From NCBI RefSeq assembly GCF_018977255.1, contig NW_024704742.1, positions 1,738,001 to 1,802,000 of the forward strand: a DNA stretch of 64,000 bases, in the 5' to 3' direction. The DNA comes from Callorhinchus milii (Eukaryota). Below are positions 1-12,494 of this stretch, piece after piece (the first letter of the stretch is position 1; each line of letters begins with the position of its first letter). Made by a program: the position numbers and the translations under genes. The notes beneath the pieces are model-generated. The model did not search any database and was not told where the DNA came from. It was given only the letters and a program-made list of their open reading frames with translations.

Positions 1-189
1 TTTTTTTGTTTGTTGTCCACGAAAGCACCGAGGGTTTCCGATCGAGACACCCTGCGGAATGTCAGTCACCGAACAAACCACTCACTGCAGCTATTATGCT
101 GTCAACACAGCATGCATCTGAAGACTTTCAGCTTCGGAGATGGTCGGGAGTTAACTTGCCTTGTTATAAATAGCAAAGGGAGACATACA

Positions 190-340
190 AAAGAAAGAAG
201 GGAAAAAGGTGGCTTTGGGAAAGGATATTGAGATGAGCGGAGGTTCACTCAGTGCATAAACACTTCATAATCACATGAGCTTCCGCATGGATGAATTGGG
301 CTGAATGAATGTTTTCAGTTCTGTAATTTTCTATGTAATC
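190..340 (+). mobile_element. CR1-type LINE 3' UTR fragment
   Basis: ...gtgcataaacac...ttgggctgaatgaatgttttcagttctgtaattttctatgtaat resembles the CR1 3' terminus; similar copies at about 39690-39780 and 36330-36447. Confidence 0.55.
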
Positions 341-479
341 GATGCAGTATCTCACACTGACCTCTCGCAGCTCCACTCAGCTTCCAATTTGTTGCCTGCA
401 ATCCAGCTTTGCAGAAATGAGACTGGCGTGTGAATGGTGTTCCAGAAGGTCATGTTGAGAAGCACTCGGGGCACCCTGC

Positions 480-720
480 TCTTTGGGACCCTCATCCTCC
501 TGTTGTAGAACAGATCAATTTCAAGATCCTCATCCCCATGAACAGAGCTCTTCATGCCCTGGTTCCTCCCTACCTCTCCGACCTACTTACACCCCGCTTC
601 TCTATCCATCGCCTTTGCACAGCTGGCTCCGGCCTCCTGCACATCCCTTGTCCCATCTGCCTTTGTGTATGTGTACCTTCATAAGGAGCGCTCCTGCTCA
701 GAAAGTCAGCTTCAAGACAA
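480..720 (+). mobile_element. Degraded L2 LINE ORF2 C-terminal fragment
   Basis: Translates to ...QINFKILIPMNRALHALVPPYLSDLLTP..., like the L2 motif RIxFKILxLxxKALHGLAPxYLSDLL. Confidence 0.7.
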
Positions 721-2759
721 AGCCTATATTTATAAGAATTAGCGAAATTCTGGACTTCCTACATAAATTTAGACCCAGGTGAAATTTCTCCCCAAAGGTA
801 CATCTCAAATAGGTGCCATTGGAGGAGATGTCCACTGGAGGATTCTGACCATACCCACGTTAGCATCAAACTTGCTCAAAGAATAGCCTTAATCTTATGT
901 TTTTGTAAATGATACACACATCTGTGTACAGACGCTGTACATTTGCATGTAAAAGAGTTGCCTCCTTAAATAACTTGATGAAAGTTAGAGCCTTGAATTC
1001 AGAGGTCGATCTCCCCTTCAGATGGCCTTTGTTTTTTTTTTTTTTGGTTCTCCAATGGCTCTTAACAGGCCGTTGAAAGCCATCTTCTCTTCAGTTATAT
1101 TTTTCACATGAAAACATTTCCATACCTCATACCAAGTCCTGTGTGTTTCTTGCGATCGCTGTTCTCTTTGGCAGAACCCTCCCTCCCGCTCCCGGTCCTT
1201 GCATTGGACGGAGAGCCAAGTTGGGCTTGTTTGTTTGCTGAGCTGTGGTTGCCCCGTTCCCTAACGGAGGAATCGATGAATATGCAGAAGGCTTGAGATG
1301 GCTGAGTGAAGGGATCTGAATGAAAATATGCTTTGGATGATTTGACAGTCGATTTTATCTTCCTTCCCTATTCATCAGAAGAATCTCTCTTCTCACCCCC
1401 TCTTCTCTCCCCCCCCACACACACAAATTTGAGTGATTAAATACCATCATTACACAGCATCATTAACGAAAGGAAAGGAGGGGAAGTGGGGAATAAATTA
1501 AATTTCGCAGAGTCTTCCGGTTTATACAGTGCCCCACTTGATGTATTTGATTTAATACCTTGTTGGAGTGTTGCTACGAATAAATGGACTGAGTGAGAGC
1601 GTCTAGCTTATTAGTCAACATGCTACCACTGAGGAGCACTTAATCTGAAATCGGTGCTTCATTAATGATGCTGTGTAAAGCGACGCTAGACTCATTTGTT
1701 TTAATCCAAATTGTATTGTCTGAAACTGGAGGTTGTCTCCAAAGGTACTTTTATGGATATTCTCCTCAAAGAGTTTTGCTTTGCTGTGTTTTTTTTTTCC
1801 CCCGCTTGGATCTTTTGGATGATCTGAATCAATGCAATACAAATTAAAATTTAGACAGTACCTTTCACGTCGGGAGGACGTCCCAAGGTGTTTGACAGTC
1901 TTGGGAGACTGTGTGGGAGCTGAGGGAGGGTGGAGAGGGGAAAGATCGAGAATGAAACGCATTGAGAATGAAAATGTACGGAAGGAAACCGAATATCTCT
2001 GTGACTGTGCGGTGACGTTAAACCTCGATATTGCCAGAAATGAATTGCTTGTGAAAAACTGCGAGTGGGGGGAGCAACAGTTCAGTCATATTCGCTTAAT
2101 GAATCCTGATGCCTGTTTGCTGTATAGTGTGAGAGTCATTAGAAAGCAGCATGAAATGAACAGAAATGCATAGCCTTGTTTACTTGTGTGAATTTGGAAT
2201 AAAGCACTGTGAAGCTTTCCAGGCCAGTGCTTTCCACTCCTGTAGGCAAGTTTAGCTTGTATTTGTAGGACACATTAACACGGCTAACATTAACACACAG
2301 ATCACAATAGCCATCTCCTTAATGTGATCCATTAATCCACGCTCCTATCCTCGGAGCCTTAATTGCTGTCCTTGGATGCTCAAGAAGCAATTGACAGGTT
2401 ATTGGAGGCGGCTAACGTCCTTTGCCTTAGCATAGATTTAACCGAGGGAGGCATTTGTTCTCTTGGCCTGCATCGTATTTTGCAGAAAAACTGTACCTGA
2501 ATTTGGAGATCGTCTCTCAGGCTCTCAACAACAACAACAACAAGATTCCATTTATAAAGCGCCTTTCACGTCAGGAGGACCTGCCATTTGCATTAAGCTC
2601 TCGTGCCACCATCACTAAAAACAACTTACATTTTTGTATCGCCCTCTTCATGTGGGATGATGTTTTGGAGTGCTTACATGATGGCATAGAATGGCAGCTA
2701 CTGATATTATTTCATACTTTTATGAGGAAGTTAGTTGACCTAAAGTGCAGAGATTACTA

Positions 2760-3110
2760 CAGCAACAACATTACATTTATAGAGCACCTTTCACGTTGGG
2801 AGGACATCCCAAAGCACTGAACAGTCAGGTGTCGGGGCCCGAGGTTGGGGAGGGGTGGGGTAGGGGTGAGGGAAGGCAGAGAGGTGGGAGGGAGACCAAA
2901 GGCACGGTTGAAGAGAAGGGTCTTGAGACCGGCTTTGAAGGAGGCGAAGGAGGGAGCGACGCGAAGGGACCGTGGGATGGAGTTCCAGAGTGTGGGGGCA
3001 GAGAGGCCGAAAGCCCGGACACCGGTAGGGTGGGTCGGGCGGGAGACATGGAGCAGCCCGGAGCCCGCTGAACGGACGGAGCGGGCAGGTTGGTAGGGAG
3101 GTGGGAGGGC
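2760..3110 (-). mobile_element. L2 LINE 3' end
   Basis: Reverse complement gives an L2 ORF2 end and 3' UTR ending ...gtgctttgggatgtcctcccaacgtgaaaggtgctctataaatgtaatgttgttg; homologous to 24737-24910 and 51471-51698. Confidence 0.75.
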
Positions 3111-4019
3111 ATTACAACGTGTTTCATGCGGCCACTAAATTTAGTGATAAAAATACAGTCCCAAAACTCAGTCAGTGGACTTCTTATTTTCGATGTGTCT
3201 TCCCTCACTGTCCTCCATGGGAACTACCCCAGATAGTCTGTACATTGGTTGTTCGCTGATGGGACTCTGTATAATGTACGTGAGAAGTAAGGGGTATGGG
3301 GGGGGTGTGGGGGGGAGAGGAAGATAAGTAGGGATCACTTTCGGGTTGAATGGTATATAGAAAAAAGTAAATACCTTGTCCAAAGTATGCTGACTAATGC
3401 ACACACACGCATGTATATATCATATATTATATTTTATACATTCAGCCAATATCCAGCAGCTATTTCAAGCAGTAAATAAATGATATTCCTCTCGAGGTTT
3501 GCCGTCATTGGGAACCTTCCCCAAGCTCGGTTCATTACATTATTATCTTGTAAGTCAGAGCCAGGTTATGGTATGGTTCACAGCATACGCGCCAAGCACA
3601 TAAGTAGTTTAGATCTGGCTTAAAGGTACTTGTTTATTTTCTGAAACCAGCTCTTCCAGTTACACTTCCAAGCAAAATCGCTTCTTTTTTTTTTTGGCCT
3701 CAATCGCGTGATGGAAAAAAGGTGCACTCCCCATAATAACAAAATACCAAAACACTGTGGTGCCAGAAATACCAAAAATATGGGTTTGGAGAGTCAAATT
3801 TACCTTGTCAAACACGTTATATACTTCAATTGAGTTTAGTGAATTGGTTTCCGAGATAAAACCAAGGTACCACGCCGAGGAAAGAGATGCTCATCGGAAC
3901 ACCGTCTTTTTTTGTTGGAAGAAAGAAGTGAAGGAAGATGCCGAGAAAGGAATTTAGAATTCCTGTTCACTTACTTTTGCCATTTTCCATTTCTGTGCTG
4001 TTGAAAGCTCATTTTCACT

Positions 4020-4760
4020 TCAACAGCGAGCGCCGGCATCAGTGATCGGCTGCTGGCTCAGGGAACGTATATGGCTTTGCAATTCGAGCGAGAAGAATAA
4101 CATGTACAGTTGAATCGGAAGCACTGTTGGATTCACGATTTATATCTGCGCCAATGTGGCGGCGTCACACTCTCAAATCCCTCTCAGTCAGCAAGCAGTC
4201 AGCTCCTCCTTCGCAAGAAAAGAGCATTCTTTCCCTTCCGATCGTCTGAAAGGCAGAACTAAAAACCGTGCTGAAGTGAACAGAGTTGCTCTGCAACGAT
4301 TTACGCTTCAAATCACGTCCCGAAACTAATTTCCGGTGATTCAGAGTTTCAGAGGAACGCTCGCTAGCCTGTGCCTCTGTTTCCATCCTATTCTTTTTTT
4401 CTTAGTACCTAACTCCAATCGGTGGATACACGTTGATTTGTTTTTCATTCTTTTGTTGTCCTGAAAGTGTACTGTAGAGGAGAAGAACATTCAGCTCTCA
4501 GTAAAATACCATCCCAGCCTCCCAACACAGCCCTCCCCAGAGGGAGAGCCCCAGAGAGAGAAAGAGTCCGACTTTTTTAATCGGGCAAATTCAGCTCCGT
4601 GCGCCATGACCTCTGGCTGCCGTCTGACCCCCCGCCCCCCCTCCCCACCTCCCACCTCTCCCTGGTTTCGAGATTCAGTTTCTCTCCGGGAACTCGTTCT
4701 TTTGCTTTGCTTTCCACTTTTAACTTGCCTTTTTGCGCTGGTGGTTGACTCGAAGTTTAC
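4020..4760 (+). promoter_or_regulatory. Repeat-free, relatively CpG-rich segment; candidate internal promoter or enhancer
   Basis: Visibly more CG dinucleotides than the flanks, CCAAT motifs near 4151 and 4414, GC-box-like ccccgcccc near 4630, and no recognisable repeat. Function is inferred only. Confidence 0.3.
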
Positions 4761-6348
4761 CCTGAACGTTACGTTTCAGAAAATAAATGATAATTTTTCT
4801 ATAAATACCGTTTTATCTAATTAATTTTAATGAATTCCCTCCCCCCACCGCCCCCCGCCCATCAGCCTGGCAGGATCGAGATGTCACTGTGGATGGAATG
4901 GTGTTAATTCCTCATTTTTTTCACACATGCACACAGGTGTTTTAATGAGATTCTTCTCATGGTGTTTTATCAGATTCTGGCGAGTTCAGTACATGTTGGG
5001 ATCATTTCCAAGCAGAATGAGTCTGCCTGTGGCCTTTATAAAACTGAATATCAGCGATGTTTAATGCCCGGTTTATATGCTGGAATTCACTGTGGAGCCA
5101 GACAGCAAGGTGTACGTGTAGCTCAGTCCATCTCTTTAATAACAGTGGAAAGGGTCCTTACAATTTTACCGACGGAAATGTCGGCAGAATTGTCAGACGA
5201 CAGAGTAAATGCAGTAAACGCCTGATAACTCGAACCTGGCTTGACCTGTCACGATCACTGAAGCCATCGTGCTGTCAATATACCGGCTGCATTTATTTAT
5301 ATATATATATTTATACAATATGCCTAACTACACCGTTCCGGATAACTCTTCCCCGAGCCATATTTCCCTTGCAGTGACAGAGTTGACTCAGCTTCAACAA
5401 CCAGTTAGTTTTGTGTTTGATGTGGAAAGGAAGAGCTGTAATCAGGCTGTCACAACGGACAGTAATCCCCGCGTTCAGACAGTGGATGGCAGCAGCACAC
5501 TCTACATGAAATCGATTACCGCTGAATTATGCAATGAAGAGGCAGTGTTTTGTTGTGACGAGATAACGTTACACCTGCTTAAGGTTACGAACCGAGTCCT
5601 AAATTATCAAAAAAGCTAGACTGTAAGTACCGAGGTGAACTTTTGCTGCATTTACGTCGTGTAGCGGCTGTCAGACCTCATGCTGCAAGTTGAACGTAAA
5701 ACTCGTAAGTTAGAAATTAATTTCCGCCAACTAAGTTTCAATTTGAACTTCCTTCGGGCAAATATAACAAACTGAACTATTTTCTGCAAGTACTCTTGAA
5801 CCTCCGTCGAGAGTGATTTGGGAATATTCAGTAACTCATTCCTGCAACAAAGCTCAATGTAGATCAGGCAAAACACGCTCACTGTTATGTCTTGTTGGCT
5901 GTAAGGTAATTATGTTTTATAAGAAAAAGAAATTAATTAAATGTAAATGAGGTATTGTACCTTCATTTTAGTGTAATTTAAACACAACCTCACACGCTTT
6001 TGTTGATGCAGAGGTAATTTAAAATTCAGCAACCCCAAAGTAATTTTGTTAGAAAGATAGATTCATAAGCTAATGTACCAAGATTTTATTTTAGCCTTAA
6101 GCTGCAGCAGTAAGAAATATTAGGAAATCTCCTTCAGTTATATGAAAATGCATATTTTATAGCACAGCTTCAGGCGTGAATGTTCCAGAAGTAGATATGT
6201 AGTGCGCTCTTTGAGAAATGACTGACTTTAATTTCAATTTATTATTTTTAGGCCATTTAAAAGTTGGTTGAAAGTTTTCTTTATGCAGAACATGATTTTA
6301 TCATACACAGTATGTGTGTGTGTGTATATATATATTATATGTTATAAT

Positions 6349-6609
6349 AGCAGTAAATAGGAACCCGGTTGATAGTCGATTGGCGGATCGCTTTCTGGGG
6401 ATAATAATTCCTTGAAATTTTTTTAAAAAAATTAAAATGTGGTCGCTCAATCTATGACTGCTGGTAGGATTCGGCTGTGCGCAAATGGCCGCCGTGTTTC
6501 GCCGGCAAAATATAGAGTCAATTCACGCGATAGTGTATTCTATGAAGAGTTTTGAGATGTCTCAACAAAGTGACAAGGCACTATATAAAAATCAAGTATG
6601 ATTATTATT
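6349..6609 (+). mobile_element. 5'-truncated young Deu-domain SINE
   Basis: agcagtaaataggaacccggtt...gctgtgcgcaaatggccgccgtgtttcgcc...gattattatt matches the multi-copy SINE family in this window. Confidence 0.85.
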
Positions 6610-7214
6610 GTGTGTGTATATATATATTACATACACACACAGGCCTGTTGCAAGAAGATTAATGCTGTCTGGAGATTTGTTCCTACTTGTTATATTTTAG
6701 CATTCAAATGCTATTCCAAGAGTGAGACAAAACTATTATTATTATTTTCGCTGCAGCTTGTTTCACAGCCACAGTAATGCAGCAGTTTGACATTGTTGAA
6801 ACGAAGTAAAATTGTCACCCGCCATACCTGGTAGTAGGAATTGTTCTTAGTTTTCCTGAAGCTGGACAATTTGCTGTGACACTTTGCGCGTTTCCCTTTG
6901 AATCGTAGGGGCTGAACACGCTGCGTTGCTGTTTGTGTTGTGGGAAAGCACGGTCTGGCGACCTGAAAGGTGCCTTAAGGCATCGCTGCTGTGTGGCCGC
7001 TGTCAGAAGTTTTCCTTCTCTCCAGAAATTCTCCTGTACAGCACAGAGGCACAAGATGTCTGCTCTGACTTGGCTTCTCATTGGATCTAAATTCTTGCGA
7101 GTCTGTATGATATACAGTGGATATCCTGGAGCAAGTGCTATTTAAGTCGTTGGTGCTTTTTTATGGAGCCATGCGGCGAGGACAGCGATAGAGAGCTTTT
7201 TTTTCACTGTATCC

Positions 7215-7535
7215 GCCCTGTCAAGATCCTCACCCTAGTGTTTAAATCCCTCCATTCCTTGGCACCCCCCATCTCTCTAACCTCCTCTCTCCCCACAGCA
7301 GCACCGGCTGCCTCTGCTCTACTGGGTCCGACCTCCTCCGTGTCCCCCGAATCCTCCGCTCCACCATCGGCAGACGTGCCTTCAGCCACTACGGTCCGAA
7401 ACTTTGTCACTCCCTCCCTCAACCCCTTCTCCCTTCTCCTCGCCACCCCAGCCCCCCCCCCCCCCCCCCACCCTCCACCCTTCCCCATCTTCAGGTCACG
7501 CCCTGAAGACCTTCTTCTTTGACCGCGCCTACGGT
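7215..7535 (+). mobile_element. L2 LINE ORF2 C-terminal fragment
   Basis: KILTLVFKSLHSLAPP followed, after a frameshift, by GRRAFSHYGPKL; then ...ctgaagaccttcttctttgaccgcgcct. Confidence 0.8.
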
Positions 7536-7599
7536 CACCTTGGAACCAACATGGTCCAAACTGACACTCACATGCAGTACTGGGTGGGGGTGGGGGGAA

Positions 7600-7990
7600 T
7601 GGTGAGCTTTTATTGTTGGAGGTGTCTAAGACATTACACTGCGGTCCTGTCTGGCTGTTCAGGTGGACGTTAAAAATCCTTTGATACTATTCACAAAAAA
7701 AAGGAGGAGTTTTTCCCGGGGTATTCTAACAATCCCCCCCACCCCCGAATTTAATTAGTCACTCACTCAATGGCTGTTTGCAGGACAATGATGTTCGCAA
7801 ATTGACTGCTGAGTTTTGCCCACGCAATACAGTCATTCCACTTTATAGTGAATCCTGTGAAGCGCTTTGAGATATCTTGAGGATGTGATCAAGTACAAAG
7901 CAGTATTATTTGGGCAGCAAATCTTGTGAAGAGGTTTCGAGCCGTTTTGAAGGCGTGATAAAGGCGCTTTATCAAGTACAAGCATTATTG
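7600..7990 (+). mobile_element. Older SacSINE1-like DeuSINE remnant followed by a second SINE tail
   Basis: ctgttcaggtggacgttaaaaatcct...ggagttttcccggg...ggctgtttgcaggac...cgcaaattgactgctg...gtgaagcgctttgag is the Deu-domain layout. Confidence 0.7.
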
Positions 7991-8074
7991 TTGGTGGCGT
8001 TCGTTCTCGTGGTGAGCAGCTTCAGTTCTTTATTCAATGGTAACGCTATTATTTTTTTCCCCCTCTGATCTCAG

Positions 8075-8174
8075 GACGTGCTGAACAGATTGGGATCCTG
8101 CGATTTGGATGAGGATGACTTGATGCTGGACCTGGAGTTCCCGGATCAGGGTGACAATGCTGTGAAACGCTTTG
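8075..8174 (+). CDS. CCSER1: Internal coding exon of CCSER1 (coiled-coil serine-rich protein 1 / FAM190A), 100 nt, phase 0 in, phase 1 out
   Basis: Pyrimidine tract and acceptor ...ttttttccccctctgatctcag|GAC; donor TTTG|gtacgt. Encodes DVLNRLGSCDLDEDDLMLDLEFPDQGDNAVKRF, matching the remembered vertebrate CCSER1 segment DILNNLGSCELDEDDLMLDLEF. The LDLEF ending fits CCSER1 better than CCSER2. Confidence 0.9.
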
Positions 8175-11100
8175 GTACGTCTCTGACTGTCTTCCGTTCG
8201 CGTTTTAAGAGCCCCCACAGCCACACGCGAAGCAAATTAGAGCTCTGTTCTCACTCCCATCGATTGACCTTGGTCATTCACTACCAGAACTAGACTCCTG
8301 TCAAGAAGAACGCAATTGCGTTAAATCCACTTGATCTGTCGGATTAAGTGACCGTAACCTGTAATGTATTGGTTTATCGTACTGTCTTAAAGACTTTCCA
8401 TCGGTTTTGCTTGTTCGAATTGACTACAACATTAGCCAATTTAGCAGTTCAACTGTTACCATGAGGACTTTTTTTTATGTAGTGTGTGTGTGGGCGCGGG
8501 GGTGGGGTGGGGGCGGATGCACGTGGGTAGAGATTTATTTATTCATTATTTCATCTTGTGGACCATTTCCCAGGTGAGGTGATGGTGGGGAGGATAGAAG
8601 ACAGAAGAGAGTGCAGGTCCTCTCTAATCTATCATGGTCACTCACTAAGCATCCACTGGGAGGTCTGTGTGACCCAAGCACGGCACACGTCTCATGAAAT
8701 GTTTATTCCATTTTCTCCTCTGCTGACAAAATTAGCTCATCTCCACTTGTCTCATCTTTTATGTCAGTGATTTATGGAGATCTCGGACAAACTCTCAATC
8801 CATTGCTATTCCAACAGTTTGTACACTTTGTACTATCTCGTCCCCTGCCTGCTCCAGCCTTCAACCACTACACCCACAACCTCTGTAACTCCCTGTCTCT
8901 TTTCCTCCGTCTCGTCCCCTCTCTGTCTACAAATCCCACCGGATAACCCACCTACCTCTTCAACAGCACCTAAAGTCACTTCACCTTCTCCCTTGTTGGC
9001 ATGAAGCACTGAGAAATGTTCCTACATGAAGGGCTCTACGTAAACGCAAGCTGTCTGTGGTTGCAGTAGTACCTCATGCATGCAATATTCCAGAAAGGAC
9101 AAGACCCCATTCCAGAATCCGAGGCCTTGGAGCATTCCTGCATTTGTCAAAGGAGGCCTTTGAGCCAAACTGGAGACAATTCGATGGTCTAATTGAGCCA
9201 ATTTATTTCAATTATTTCAAAATCGGCACCTGCTGGATGTCTTTTAAACTAATACCCAAAGGGGAGAAATTGATGGATCCAGATTTTTGTTTTTTGTAAA
9301 AAAAAGTCAGTTTGATTTTTAGGACCGACTGTTTCGTTCCGGTACCGAACATAAGACACACCTCGGAGCCTTGTTAGAAGTTGGTCTGACAGCGCTGTGG
9401 ACTGCTCGTGGCAATTGGCATATTTCATTTACCTGTATCTCAAGTTTCCCGATGTTGCGCTACTCTGCCTATTTTGAAAAGTCAACGTGACGTATCTCTT
9501 GCCCCGCAGCCACGTTTAATTGACTTCGGACCCAACTTGAGTATTAGTTCAATGCCCTCAGTGGAGTCAATTAAAAATTAATTGTGCATCTCAATTTTGC
9601 AGACTCCTGCGATACTTCCTGCCTTCTTTCCAATTTCCAGGTCTCTCTATCGAGTAACCATGGAAATGTATTCAGACACAACGAGATCAGATGTGCTGAT
9701 ATAGCTGTCATCTCTTTACTTGTCAGTCCGCACTTTGCAGTCCTTTGGACAGAACAAGAGAGACTGCGCTGTCGCAGCAATTGGTGTTTATTTCGCCAGG
9801 TTCTCTGCACTTCATTAGTTACTTCTGGTTATCAATGCAGAGGATATGAGGACCTTGTACTTGTATTGTTTGGGTTGATCAGGATGCGAGGCTCAGTTTT
9901 ACAGTTGTGCCACAGTCTGATGTATCTGATGGGTTGGTACAATGACCAGACACCGTCATCAACAGTTGACGTTTCTGAAGGAATTTCAAATTTCCAGATT
10001 ACCATGGTGCCATTAATATCACTTCCTTTGCACGGCAAATGTGATGTTGGTGGTGACCTCATATGGAATTAAGGCATTTGGCTACCACCCCAACCCCAAC
10101 CATACTTCATCCTTCTGCAAGCAAGTAACAAAACGGCAATAAGTCTGTATATTTCAGGTAAACTAATGCAGGGGTCCGAAAACCAACAGCACAATAAACA
10201 AACCTGCCTTCTTAAGAAAACCCTTTGTAAAATAGTTCCACTCCATGTGGAACACTACCCAATAAGGCGGTGGGGGAAACTCCTGTCAGCAGACTAGAAA
10301 CCGGCTTGTCAACAAAAAAAAATCCATTTGGGACCATGTTGTCTATTGTGGCTTTTGTGGAAACCGTGTGTTTTATATTATTTGTATCAGCACAGGTTTT
10401 TGGAGGGACTTATCGGTGCTCTTATTTATGTAATTAATCAATGAAAATGTATAGAATTAATGAGCCCTTTTGCCCACGGTTTATACATTGATTTCTCACC
10501 CCACCCACCACTACCAGAGCAATGTAGTATTTATCCAATTTGGGATATTCCTAATTAACTGTCAAAAACTCTTTCCTTTGTGTGATTTTATTAAGAAAAA
10601 AACTTTTTGTCCAGAACGTTAAATCTGCCAGCAGGAGAGACTTTGTCTGCCTACGAAATATATAGTCACTGCACTCTACAACATATCCTGCGAAGCACTT
10701 TGAGACGTCCTCCCGACCTGAAAGGATTGTTGTTGTGGGCACAAGGACCTTGGGGGTAGGAAGCCTCGAGTTGTTTTTAGCTGCTGTGTGGTCTTAATGA
10801 GATCCCCATGCCCCCATTTCTCTCTTGGGTGCTGTGGGGACTGGACTGAGAAGGGTGGAGAATTGGCCTGAGATTGGTTAATGTTTGGAGCAAGGGTGGT
10901 TTGGTGTGAGGGTGGGGGAGGAGAATGAAAGTGCACAGGTCTACAAGAGGAGTGGCAAGCACTGACCATGAGATCAGGTGCCTACACCCCTCTTCAGTCG
11001 CTCTATTGCTGTTTCAGGTTCCCCCTCCCCTGAGATAAATAAAGCCTGCGTTCTAGCCCAAGAGTCTGCGACCAAATCTGTCTGACTCGGTGGGTCCGCC

Positions 11101-12494
11101 CTCTATTATAATCCACGAAACACTTGGGATGTCCCATAGAGCGAGCGTTGAGTATTCTCACGATGTCTGGCAGGGTTTTTTTTTTCCCCGAACAGTTTCA
11201 TCCACATTATGCAGCCTCTGGAGCATAATTAATGCACTTAGTCTATTCCTTTGTACTTTAGTTTGCTTGGCTTAACACAAAGAGCATAGGTTTTCTTTCA
11301 GTGAATTTGGAGTCGGAACATTTCGCAGTTGAACCCTCTCCCATTCCCGCAGGGATGGTTATTCTTGTACGGCAATTTTGGAACCACTTCACACCTGCCC
11401 TTTTGTGGCCTCGTTCTCTCCTCCGATTCGCTGTGGGTTCCCTAGAGCTAGTCTGGAATATGTGCATTTAGTAACTTGTTCCCCACCTCTCGTCATAGGT
11501 ATGTATCGGGCAATTTGCAACCCAACCTGTAAGCCTGACTGCAGGACATTTGGAATTGGGCTGTTATAAATAACTAAAAACGCTGCCAGATGAGAAATCA
11601 CTACCAATCGACAAGCAAGAGTCACGGGAAAGGGGGGGAAGACGCAAATCTTTTTGCACCTCGAGTGTAACCCTCCAGCAATCAGCAAGAGCACTCTCTT
11701 CTTTGGTCTCCAGCGCTTCACTTGATATCAGAGCTGCGCTCAAACCGAAGCTGCTGCTCCACTCTACCATGTCGACAAAACAGCTGCTGTGTGAACAAGG
11801 GTTCGCTCTTGATAGACCCACAACTGAGCACCCCTGAGTGGTTAACAACCTATCTTAACATGACAGTAAAATGTTGATGGTAAATATTTATGGGCCTTCT
11901 CGTTGCCTGCGGTGCTTTTAGGCAGTGCGCTGAGTATAGATTCAGTCAGTAATTTCAGCAGATCATTTGCTGAAGCAAAACCTCCACAGCTCCTGGGTTG
12001 ATACTTTCCGTGCTTAATTTGTTCTGCGCTGATCTATTGGATATTGAAGAAGAGTCGTGGATAAAATTGACTTCCCGTAGAGATATACCCTTACGTCTAC
12101 CGGCTCGATGGGTCGGTGGACTGTAGAGCGGTGGCATGGAGTGGCAGATTGTGTTTTATCATCGAAAACCATTAAAGAAGCTTGGTTCAGAGTGCATACG
12201 AGGTTGAAAAGAGTGTCTGGGTTTATTCTGCGTTGCTTTTGGTGCTTTTTTGCAGTGGGATTTTCCAGAGGATTGCACTCACAGCACGGTAAGCGCTCTG
12301 AGACGAAGGGGGCTAGATAAATGCTTGTTGTTCTTGTTGGGTATCAAATCAACCTTCAGATAAGTTGAAAGTCCGGGAGACTCGACACCTGGATAAATAG
12401 CGTGGGACAGCATATCAGCGACATAATTACCACCAAGGCCTCCACCGGCCTCTGAAGACCAAAGACATCAGTCTTCCAAAAAGAAAAGAAGAAA

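Noticed and set aside
5160..5193. Small hairpin acaattttaccgac-ggaaat-gtcggcagaattgt
   Set aside because: A 14-bp imperfect stem, too short for a pre-miRNA and matching no RNA family I recognise; could be chance.
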